From positions 90,646,001 to 90,710,000 of the forward strand of contig CM059432.1 in assembly GCA_030390025.1 (NCBI GenBank): a DNA stretch of 64,000 bases, read 5' to 3'. Positions 49,821 to 60,935 of this stretch are shown piece after piece. Position 1 is the stretch's first letter. Each line of letters starts with the position of its first letter. This DNA is from Squalus acanthias (lineage: Eukaryota). The notes below the pieces were generated by a model. That model searched no databases. It was not told where the DNA came from and worked only from the letters and a program-made list of their open reading frames with translations. Both the position numbers and the translations under genes were made by a program.

Positions 49821-50596
49821 GTGCCAGGTTTAAAATAACGGTGAGGTTAATGGTGCTCACCGTTATTTATGCACAAATGCTATAGTAACTTCAGGCGAGG
49901 GGCAGATGCGCGGTTAAATGCGAAAATCCAAAAGTTGCTGTCCAAGCTGTGCCGCTCCGCCGTTAGCTTCGCGAAAACAGCATTCCGCCAACTACCTCAC
50001 CATTAAAATGCATTGAATGTCGAGAAGTTGCTGTATTTGTGCAGTAGATACAAACTAAACCCGCTGCAAATATTTAGGGCTAGTAATTATTACGTAAGTA
50101 CTCTTTTAATAACGTGATAAACGTTAATTACTGCCAGTCAACCTCTAGCACCAAAAATTAACTGTTACAAGTGCGGAGTCTCATTCCTACAGGCTTTGAA
50201 TTTTTCGGGGAAATTTTAAAAATGTCACATTTAAATTTACATTTTTTTTCTTCTTTCTGTGTCTTTTTTCTCTCTCGCTTAATCCAGTCTTTATTTCCCT
50301 CTCCTTAATTCTCTTTCTGTACTTGATTTCACATTGAATTCAACCCCTTTAATTCACCCTCCTTCTTGTCCTTCCGCTGTTTATTTCCCAATCCTTAAAT
50401 CTCATTGGTTAAGGAGATACCCTGTTGGTTGCCCTGTTCACTCAGGTCCCAGATGTCCTGTTTCCCTCACTGCGCTGTTATCAGCTTGCACTTTCAGCAA
50501 CTTAGTGGGAAAAATTATTTTGAGCTGAAGGGTGTAGGGGTAAGTGTAACTAATGGCACACGCCAATAGATGTCCTGCTACAGCAAATTCTGGCCC
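49821..50596. mobile_element. Harbinger-type MITE
   Basis: TIR GTGCCAGGTTT / AAATTCTGGCCC; ATT TSD. Confidence 0.72.
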
Positions 50597-50634
50597 ATTG
50601 TTAGCAAGCAATTGTGGGCTTGCACCAGGTAAAG

Positions 50635-50810
50635 TAACCATTGATTGTCGTAAAAACCCACTGGTTCACTAATATGCTTCAGAGAAGGAAACCTGCCAAC
50701 CCTACTCGGTCTGGCCTACATGTGATTCTTAATGCCCTCAGGGTAACTAAGGATGGGAAGTAAATGCAGCCTTGCCAGCGTCACCCACATCCTGATAACA
50801 ATTAAAAAAT
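50635..50810 (+). mobile_element. SINE-like fragment ending in the tail of the 950-4333 LINE family
   Basis: gattgtcgtaaaaaccca..ctggttcactaat shared with 32059-32090; tail agggtaactaaggatggg..gccttgccagcgtcacccacatcc. Confidence 0.7.
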
Positions 50811-51005
50811 ACAATGATTTATCAGGCATCTGACCCTCTGCTGCAAGACATCATTGTGGCCTTGCAGCTTTGTGCAGGGCTACTGGCTACGTACCCTAAT
50901 GCATGATCGCTTTCTTGTGTAGATCTCTCAAGATGAGGAAGTAGCCCCATCACCTTGGTACCCAACAAACAGTCCAGAATCTGCAAACATAAGTCCAGAT
51001 ACATC

Positions 51006-52340
51006 GGCCGGAATATTTACCTGTCGACGCGTTGGAAGCGGGAACCCCGAAGTAGGATTTGCATCTGACTTCCAGGTTTCCCAACCAATTAGCGTGAGCG
51101 AGCATGATGACGATACACATGGGTCTATTTCAGCTGAGATATTTAAAGGAACACTGCAAAGATGACAGTTGAAGGATCATGGAGGTGGGAGAAACACATC
51201 AAGCACTATAGGATGGAGTCTCAGTGTACAAAGGCTGCACCTCGCTTCAGTGATGCGTCCCTAAACCTCATGCTGCGAGGTGTAAGGGGGCCCGCAGGGA
51301 GATTCTATTCCCTGCTGATGGGAGGAAGAAGCCAGCCTCAATGACCAAAAAGGTGTGGCTGGAGATAGCAGAGGAGGAGAGCAGCAGGAGTGTGGTGCCA
51401 CGCTCCTGCATACAGTGCAGGTAGCGCTTTAATGACCTCGTGAGGGCTGGAAAGGTGAGTACAATGGCACATTCAACTACATCCTGATGTGGGTGTCACC
51501 CCAACCCCCTCACTCTGCCTTCCAAGCCTACTGCACATCACTCCTCACACCAACGTACCTTGCAGATGCACCCATCCCTCTCTGTCTATGCACTTCCTCG
51601 CATTCCCATCTGACCATCCACCACTGACATTCACCCTCATCTTAATGCAGTACCACGCCTCTCCCTCATAGTCACCCTCAACAGATGTTGTTCATTCCAT
51701 GACTCTCACTCAAAGATCTCTTGTTTCCCTCTCCCTCCTTGCAGGAGAAGAGAGTACAGAACACCAGGGATAGGCAGAGAACCGGAGGTGGCCCTCCAGT
51801 CATCGTCATGCTGACAGCTGCAGGGAAGGATGCTCTCGAAATAAGTGGAGTGTCGGCGTGCCTTGCGGTCAGAGATGGAGAGATTGGGACCTCACAGCTA
51901 CCGGGTGACAGAATTAAATATCACACAACCACATGGCATACAACAGTCACTCATGTTGGCTTGATGTCAGCAGCCAGTGAAATATGATCATGTGCATAAT
52001 GTTAACTTAAAACTTCTTATCATGACAGTTCTAATTCATGTCTTTAATCTCCCACAGGCCCATCAAGTGTCCCATAGGAGGTGGTGCCAGAGGGGGAAGA
52101 TGACTCCTCAGAGGAGGTCGCTAACTCTGAGGGTGCACCATCACAGGACTTATGCACACCATGCACCAGCGCAGATACACGTACATCAGTGGGAGCAGCA
52201 AGATAGATAGTTTTGTTGTCTCCCAAGGAAGGTTCTCACACGCAGCCAAACGCGCTCGAGTGAATTGCAGAAGTTGGCTTCCCGACCCGCTGTCAATTTC
52301 AGCGCATTTAACCACCCACCTGCTCCCAAACCCACTCACT
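51006..52340 (+). mobile_element. Non-autonomous Harbinger with decayed spliced Myb/SANT gene (exons 51213-51454, 51745-51904, 52058-~52200)
   Basis: KAAPRFSDASL, FNDLVRAGK|gtgagt, gcag|EKRVQNTRDRQRTGGG; right arm 52255-52340 is the reverse homolog of 23719-23835. Confidence 0.85.
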
Positions 52341-53489
52341 TTGTTGTTAAAATTCTCCCCTCTACTTGGATAATTCGGGGAATTGAATAAGGGCAGTCAG
52401 TAGGGAACACCAAGTATTAGTGAAGAGGATCAAGTGGAGATGGCACCAGACGATTCACAACAGGAGGAAGAAAGATTAGGGTCATAAAGGCAGCTGCTGA
52501 GGGACCTTTGACTTCGTACCTTACTGTCGCTGTATACAAAGCTGTACTTGTTAATCAGTAGAAGCTCTTTATGCAGTCCTTTGAGAAAGCTCCCACATTC
52601 GGAGTATATGCAGCATTTCCACTTTGACATCTGTGTAGACAAGCAGGAGGGTTTGGGGAACTTGCGGAACTCCATGAAGCAAGTGGCAACTCCAGGGCAT
52701 TCTGTGGGTGAATTTCTAAGGACAGAAGGTCTAAGTGTTGATGCAGTTTTGCTTCGTAACACTGCATCTGACACTATTGAGATCGTACAGGGAACTCTTA
52801 ATTTTGACTTGCAGAAGCTTGGGGATCAGCTGGAGAGCACCTTGATAGCAGGCTTCATGCTCTTTAGTGCCAGCCTAAGATTTGTCGCAACAATGATTTC
52901 TGGGGCAGCCAGCAGCTGGGGTATGGCATATAGGGAGACTGATGAGGAATTCACCTGCCTTCTAGGCAGCTCCGTCAGATTATTGCAGAAGAGGCAATAA
53001 GGGAATAGCAGCAACAGTCATCAAGGTGCTAGCAGTCGTGCAGGCCAATCGCATGACCCAGCAGAAACAGATCATTTGCTACAAGTTGAACAGCAGCAGC
53101 ATGACATAACACTTACTTCTGCCACTGAGGTGGCACTTAGAAGTAGTAGGAGAGTAGTACACACTGTACAATTTCACCAAAAGCTAACATTGATATAGAA
53201 ACACACATGTCGAATAGGCAGGTAAACTGTTTGCACTTTTTTGGTATGTTTGATTATGATTTGTTGAGTAGAAGGGACATATGATAATTAGTGTTGAGTG
53301 CAAACATGTAGGGATGGCAGTGAAGGCAGGGGGGAATCTGAACCAGCATGTTAGTATGGAACGAGGATAGTGTAGAGAGGACCATTGAACAGCTCATTAA
53401 GGGTTTCAAGGACTGGCTTTAAGTGAAAATTATGTCACTAACTCCTTGTCTGCCTTTCCGTGCCTTAAGCTACTTTTTCTTCCACTTCC

Positions 53490-53610
53490 AAGTAAAGGAC
53501 TGTGGGGATTCTGGACTAGTGTCATTAGCCAGAGCAACAGGAGGTATCCCTGGTCCCAGAGCAGTCGGCCGTCCATTCTCTGCTCTTTCAAAGAGTTGTG
53601 GCACCATCAA
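53490..53610 (-). mobile_element. Small Harbinger transposase remnant
   Basis: Minus strand reads GRLLWDQGYLLLLWLMTLVQNP, resembling LLGDxGYPLxxWLMTP. Confidence 0.55.
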
Positions 53611-55469
53611 GTGAAAGCATCAAGGCTACTAGAAATTTGATCACGAAGTGCCCTTTTTTGGGTGCTAAACAGACACATAAACGTCCAATATGGCAGGCAG
53701 GAAGCACGCGCTCATTACAACCCAGAAATTCGTTGCCAGTTATATTGGCTCGGGCTTCTCCGTAGGAGCCCAGAGCGCCTGCCAGAACTATTGAAAGCAA
53801 TGAATAACGTATGTAAATAAGGGTGGTTGGTGGTAAGTGGCATGGTGGGAAAAATGGCTGCATCCTGCTTTTGAGATGGGGTTGTGGGGAAAATGTGGCT
53901 CTTAATAGCTTCCTTCCCATCTTCTCACCCAATTATTTGTGCTCCCCCACCTTTTTGCTCTTATTGGTTCCCCCAACACTTCATTTTTCCAATATCTATT
54001 CCTCTTTCTATCGCCCCCGTACTCCCATCACCCGCCCTACCTCTTGCTCTTTGGACAACACACTGAACCCCAGCATGTTCCCCTCCAGCCTTGCCCCACT
54101 GTCACTCATCTCACCCTTCTCCATCTCTCACTCCCACTCGCTCCATGCAAAGATAAGGGGTTATCTATGTATCTTTCTCTCCCTCTGTCTCATCTTTCTC
54201 TCCCTCTGTTGCATCTTTCTCTTCCATGGCTACCAGCACGAGGCAACCCATTTCTTCCAATGGTTTTACATCCAACAGATCATGCCTTGGGTTGTTTCTG
54301 CAACAAATACCCTTTTTATTTATATGGACAGCCTGATTCACAATCCTCCACCAGGAGGACTGGCTAGATATGTTGGAGGGTTGCCACTCCACTCCCATTG
54401 GACGCGAGTACTCTGCTGGATGTCAACCTAGTTTTCGGAGACCAGAACTTGTGTCTGCTCGCCGGAAGTCACAGGTGTTAGAAATTAGAATCTCTGTCTC
54501 ACAGGTGTATGTGATTAGCTTAAAACACGGGTGGAGATAATTAATTGGTTTCAAAATTTAACTTTTTTGAAAATTTAAGTAACATTAAATGAAGGAAGAT
54601 ACTCTTCCTCTCTCAGTAGTGCTCTCTTGTCTCCCCCCCCCCCCCCCACTAGTTTGTCTCTCACTCTTATTAGTGTCTGATGACACACCTGTTGTAGCTT
54701 TTGTTTTGTGTTCTATAATCTTTAAAACGTGTATTAAAGTTTATAGAACACAAAGTAAAAACTACAAATGAAATGTCATCAGAACCCTGGTATTTCTTTC
54801 TTTATCTCTCACTCACACAACTACTTAAAAAAAAATAACATTCAATATAAATTTTACCTCAGTATTTTGAAATTTGCCTCGTTTTTTACATTCATTTGAA
54901 GAAAAGCTGCTGTGCAGAAAGTGTTACAAGCTGAAGAAGAATACTCATCATTAGAGCTGACTGAACATTATTGCTGCATACTGGGAAAATCGGCAGACTG
55001 AATATGCTTAGAGTACACAATTCAAATTCTGCTCTGAACAAAAATGTCCAATCCAAGTCCAGGCTTTTGTGACAGTCTGAGGCCTTCATGTAAGAACTTT
55101 GGTGAAGGCATTAAATGACATAAAAGGCAGTCAGTGGATACATTGCATCAAGTTATTGTGAATTATGTAATTAAAAAAAAAAATTAAGTCCTTATTTTCG
55201 ACATTAGCAATTTCAGTTACTGAGGAAGTTAATGGTGGCTGAAAACAAAAATTAGAAAGCATTGTGTGTGATTTATGCCAATCCAATGGCCAGATTGTGC
55301 AATCTAACTATAAAATAGTAGCTATCATGTGTCACACATTTAACATTGAAAATACTTACTATAGTTCCACCTACAGGGATAACAGATACTGCATGTACTT
55401 ACAATGATCTTTTAATGAAATGTGTACCCAACATATCAAATTTAATATATAAAGTTGATATATATATAT

Positions 55470-55800
55470 ATTTACAATCATGAAGGGTTTTGATAGAATA
55501 AATAAGGAGAAATTGTTTCCAGTGGCAGAAGAGTCGGTAACCACAGGACACAGATTTAAGGTAATTGGTAAAGGAACCAGAGGCGACATGAGGAAAAAAA
55601 CCTTTACGGAACAAGTTGTTATGATCTGGAATGCACTGCCTGAAAGGATGGTAGAAGTTGATTCAATAGAAAGGAAACATTTTGCAGGGCTATGGGGAAA
55701 GAGCAGGGCAGTGGGACGAATTGGATAGCTACTTCAAAGAGCCGGCAATGGCACAATGGGCTGAATGGCCTCCTTCAGTGCTGTATCATTCTATGATTTA
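55470..55800 (+). mobile_element. CR1-type 3' fragment
   Basis: ORF 55480.. MKGFDRINKEKLFP...TTGHRFK...WNALP; tail. Confidence 0.8.
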
Positions 55801-56239
55801 ATGCGTTTCCCCCAAAAGTAATCAAGAGGAGCAGTGAATATTTAATGGAATAGGTTAGTAGAAATAAAATCAGTGACCATTTATGGTAATGCAGTAGGAC
55901 ATTTTATCCATGCTTTGTTGCAAATTTATTAGTTAAATAAAAATAGTAGCCATTTAATCCAATTCTATTCCTGTATTGGAAGAAATTAAAAAATGACTCT
56001 TGCAAAATATATTAGTTAAATAATAGAAGTGGACCTTGAACCCAAGAGGATTGGATTAAAATTTATTAATGAAATAAAAGGAACAAATATAACATGGCTT
56101 TGCTAAAATTTATTAATGAAATAAGATCAACAGGAATTATTACATCAATTATGCAGCAGTCATGCGTGGGTTGGGAATATTTTCAAATTAATTTATGTAG
56201 CGACAGAGATTTTAAAATAATTCGATAGCGTAGACGTAT

Positions 56240-56515
56240 AGAAGATTTTTCGCAGTCATCGCTGCCCCAGTACATCATTGAAGGAGTAATATTTGGAAGC
56301 GCCTTTGAGCCAGCCATCTTCAGCTGCTTCATTAATGGCCCTCCCTCTGTCATAAGGTCAGCAATGGGACTGTTCACTGATGATTCTACAGTGTTCAACT
56401 TCATCCACAACTCCTCAGATAATGCCCATGCCAGCTATAACAAGACCTTGGTAACATTCAGACTTGACCTGACAAATGGCAGGTAACATTTGCAGCACGT
56501 AATTAATGACCATCT
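56240..56515 (+). mobile_element. RT fragment of the 950-4333 LINE family
   Basis: Similar to 3310-3590 (catcttcagctgcttcattaatg, cacaactcctcagataatg). Confidence 0.75.
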
Positions 56516-56999
56516 CAAAGGTTATTGAAGTCAATAGAAAAGAAATTCAGGCACAGTGTAAAACGGGTTACCAATTTATTATCAGCCCGTTTCGCACTAC
56601 GTTTCGCATAGACCAATTTAACCATGTATGTCTTACCTTTTAGTAAAGTGTAGGATCCACACAAGATGGTAGGGAAAATATTTTGGGATGGTAGGTACTG
56701 GGTGCGGGGTTGCTGTAATTAAATAGTGTTGGTGGGGGGGGGGAAGGGGTGGTGATGTGGGGTGTGTGAGTAGTCCGTAGGTGTAACAGTAGTGGTTAGA
56801 AGCCATATAACCTTCCCTTATCTCCTTATCCATTACATTTGGAGTGGAAGCTACAAGAAATTGGTAGCAGTTCAAAGGATGTGGGAGTGGTGTGGTGGTT
56901 GTCTTGGGATGTGAGAGCACTGGGATAGTGGTGGCGGGATATGGGAATGTGAGGGGGAAATTGCTGTGTGCAGATACTGGGAGTAGGAACTCAGGGTAG

Positions 57000-59640
57000 T
57001 AACATAGAAGATAGGAGCAGGAGTAGGCCATTCGGACCCTTGAGCCTGTTCCGCCATTTAATGAGATCATGGCTGATCATCCAAATTCAGTACCCTGTCC
57101 CTGCTTTCTCCCCATATCCCTTGATCCCTTTAGCCTTAAGAAATATATCTAACTCCTTCTTGAATATATTTCATGAGTTGGCCTCAACTGCCTTGTGTGG
57201 TAGAGAATTCCACAGGTTCACCACTCTCTGGGTGAAGAAATTTCTCCTCATCTCAGTCCTAAATGGCTTACCCCTTATCCTTCGACTGTGACCCCTGGTT
57301 CCCGCCATCGGGAACATCCTTCCTGCATCTAGTCTTTCTAGTCCTGTTAGAATTTTATAAGTTTCAATGAGATCCCCTCTCATTCTTCTAAACTCTAGCG
57401 AATATAAGCCTAATCGACCCAATCTCTCCTCATACGTCATTCCTGCCATCCCAGGTATCAGTCTGGTGAATCTTCGCTGCACTCTCTCCACGGCAAGAAC
57501 ATCCTTCCTCAGATAACGTGACGAAAACTGCACACAATACTCAAGGTGTGGTCTCACCAAGGCCCTGTATGACTGCAGCAAGACATCCTTGCTCCTGTAC
57601 TCGAATCCTCTCGCTATGAAGGCCAACATACCATTTGCCTTCTTAAGTGCCTGCTGCACCTGCATGCTTACCTTCAGTGACTGGTGCACAAGGACACCCA
57701 GGTCTCATTGCACTTCCCCTTTTCCCAATCTATTGCCATTCAGATAATAATCTGTCTTCCTGTTTTTGCCACCAAAGTGGATAACCTCGCATTTATCCAC
57801 ATTATACTGCATTTGCCATGCATCTGCCCAATCACCCAACCTGTCCAAATCATACTGGAGTTTCTCTGCATCCTCCTCACAGGACACGCCCACCCAGCTT
57901 TGTGTCGTCTGCAAACTTGGAGATATTACATCTAGTTCCCTCGTCTAGATCATTTATATATATTGTGAATAGCTGGGCTCCTAGCACCGATCCCTGCGGT
58001 ACCCCACTAGTCACTGCATGCCACTCGGAAAAAGACCCGTTTATTCCAACTCTTTGCTTCCTGTCTGCCAACCAGTTCTCTATCCAAGACAGTACCTTAC
58101 CCCCAATCCCGTGTGCTTTAACTTTGCACGCTAATCTCTAATGCGGGACCTTATCGAAAGCCTTCTGAAAGTCCAAATACACCACATCCACTGGTTCTCT
58201 CTTATCTATTCCATCAGTTACATCCTCAAAAAATTCCAGTAGATTAGTCAAGCATGATTTGCCTTTTGTAAATCCATGTTGACTTTGTCCGATCCTGTCA
58301 CTGTTTTCCAAGTGCTCTGCTATTACATCTTTTATAATGGACTCTAGCATTTTCCCCACTACCGATGTCAGAGATATAAGACTATAATTCCCCGTTTTCT
58401 CTCTCCCACCTTTTTTAAATAGTGGGGTTACATTAGCTATCCTCCAATCCATGGGAACTGTTCCAGAGTCTATAGAATTTTGGAAGATGACCAGCAATGC
58501 ATCTACTATTTCTAGGGCCACTTCCTTAAGTACCCTAGAATGTAGATTATCAGGCCCTGGGGATTTATCGGCCATCAATCCCGTCAATTTCCTTAACACC
58601 ATTTCCCTACAAATACTGATTTCATTCAATTCCTCCTTCTCATTAGACCCTATGTTCCCCGACATCTCTGGGAGGTTATTTGTGTCCTCCTTTGTGAAGA
58701 CAGAACCAAAGTATGTATTTAATTAGTCTACCATTTCTTTGTTCCCCATTATAAATTCCCCTGATTCTGACTGCAAGGAACCTACACTTGACTTCACCAA
58801 TTTTTTTCTCTTCACATATCTATAGAAGCTTTTACAGTCAGTTTTTATGTTCCCTGCAAGCTTACTCTCATAATCTATTTCCCCCTCTTAATTAATCCCT
58901 TTGTCCTCCTTTGCTGAATCCTAAACTGCTCCCAATCCTCAGGTTTGCTGCTTTTTCTGGCCAATTTATATGTCCTCTCCTTGGATCTTAAGCTATCCCT
59001 AATTTCCCTTGTTAGCCACAGTTGAGTCACCTTTTTTTTATTTTTATGCCAAACAGGGATGAACAAATTCTGTAGTTCATCCATGCGATCTTTAAATGTT
59101 TGCCATTGCCTATCCACCGTCAACCCTTTAAGTAACGCTCCCCAATCCATCCTACCCAACTCGTGCCTCATACCATCGTAGTTTCCTTTATTTAAATTCA
59201 GGACCCTAGTCTCTGAGTCAACTACTTCACTCTCCATTTTAATGAAGAATTCTATCATATTATGATCGCTCCTCCCCAAGGGGCCTCGCACAACAAGATT
59301 GCTAATTAATCCTTTCTCATTACATAATACCCAGTCTAAGATGGCCTGCTCTCTAGTTGGTTCCTCGACATATTGGTCCAGGAAACCATCCTGTATACAC
59401 TCTAGGAATTCCTCCTCCACAGTATTGTTACTAATTTGGTTAGCCCAATCTATATGTAGATTAAAGTCACCCATGATAACTGCTGTGCCCTTATTGCACG
59501 CGTCTCTAATTTCCCATTTAATGCCATCCCCAACCTCAGCATTACTGTTTGGGGGTCTGCATACAACTCCCACTAACGTTTTCTGCCCCTTGGTAGTTCT
59601 CAGCTCTGCCCATACAGATTCCACCTCATCAGAGCTAACA
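57000..59640 (-). mobile_element. 5'-truncated CR1 LINE ORF2 with several frameshifts
   Basis: Minus ORFs 58875..59624 (APE, GDFN, SDHN), 58138..58665, 57877..58071 (FADD), 57171..57689; tail at 57000-57080. Confidence 0.95.
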
Positions 59641-59897
59641 GGGGCAGGGTGCCATTAAAGAAAGCACTATAGCCGGGAACCAGTTATAAGATCTTTGAAG
59701 TATCTCTTTTAGTATCTCAGAACTGAATGAAAAGTTGTAAGTTGAATGGTAAATTTAAGCATGGCGGAGAAGTGTAACAGGAAGTAAATGTGACACTTAC
59801 AGTAAGTGTGTTCTATGCACAAAACCTATTAGAGATTTTTTTTTCCAAAAAATGTTAAGTGCTGTATAATGCTACTTTTTAATGAATTATTATTTAG

Positions 59898-60020
59898 ATT
59901 GCAGAACAAGAAGAGACAATACTACAACTTCAATCAGACTTGACACAGTATCAAATCAATCATGGTCGTTCCAATGAGGAGTATGATGCACAGACTGTAC
60001 ACACTGAATACTTACAGAAG
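59898..60020 (+). CDS. Internal coding exon G (IAEQEETILQLQSDLTQYQ...TEYLQK, 41 aa)
   Basis: Acceptor ...ttattatttag, donor AAG|gtcagc; 123 nt open, phase 0/0. Confidence 0.82.
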
Positions 60021-60935
60021 GTCAGCTTTACACTAAATATCTGAATAATAAATCAGGGCTCTGTAAAGAACAAAGTAAATTGAGTGGTTATTTTTATTTA
60101 CTCTTGCCCTCTCACAATGCTTTTTGGAACTGCTACCAATTTCTTGTAGCTTCCACTCCAAATGTAATGGATGAGGAGATAAGGGAAGGTTATATGGCTT
60201 CTAACCAAAACGTATTTATTAACCCACAAGTATATGTCTAAATTACCTGCTTATATAACTTTCTTTCCCAGCTTTTTGTATGATATATCATAATTTGAAG
60301 AAGAAAAATGGATGTTACACTTAAGGTGAATAATTTAGCTGATGTTATTTGTCCTACAGGCACTTGCTACTTCCATATAAATATGTGGCTAACTCTCAGC
60401 CAAGTATAAAAACATGTTTGAGTTTGAAACTACTACATTTTTTCTCTCCCTAATTGATTTATCTTTTTTAAGAACATGATTCTTGGCACATTGTCCTTTA
60501 CCTTTGACATCTAAATCTGAGTCCAGCACAGTATAGCCATGAAAGTCTTTCTTCCTTGTCTCTGTGAGGATCCTAAATTAAATGACCTGGAATAGTGTCA
60601 ACCTGATACTAAGTGGGTATGGACCTACAGCACAAAACCGCTCATATTTCAGTGCAATTTAGCGCTAAGTTGGCACTGACATTTTTTTAATATCTGGTCG
60701 GTCTTTACCTTCCACTAGGGCAACCTTCCTTTGTCCTCCACCCCACCGTAAAAAAGTGCTGGCATTTCACGGGCAGCCAGCAGCCCTGCATTGTTTGATG
60801 CCCAAATTTCTGGCTCCTGGCACTCCCGATATGCTACATCCTAGGAGCAGCAGAGAAATATTTAAATAAGCTGGCCTCATATGGTGGGAATAGCTTAAAC
60901 TGAGCGACTCATGGCAAAGACCATTCTCACTCCTA

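Larger units (their letters stand above)
56793..60207. repeat. 81-bp inverted repeat pair (56793-56873 and 60127-60207) bracketing exon G
   Basis: Arms are reverse complements at 80 of 81 positions. Confidence 0.93.

Noticed and set aside
53823..54431. 202-aa ORF and overlapping ORFs
   Set aside because: Pyrimidine-rich low-complexity sequence with no recognisable domain or splice support
54900..55000. Exon-like purine-rich stretch (KAAVQKVLQAEEEY...)
   Set aside because: In-frame stop before any good donor; all three frames close
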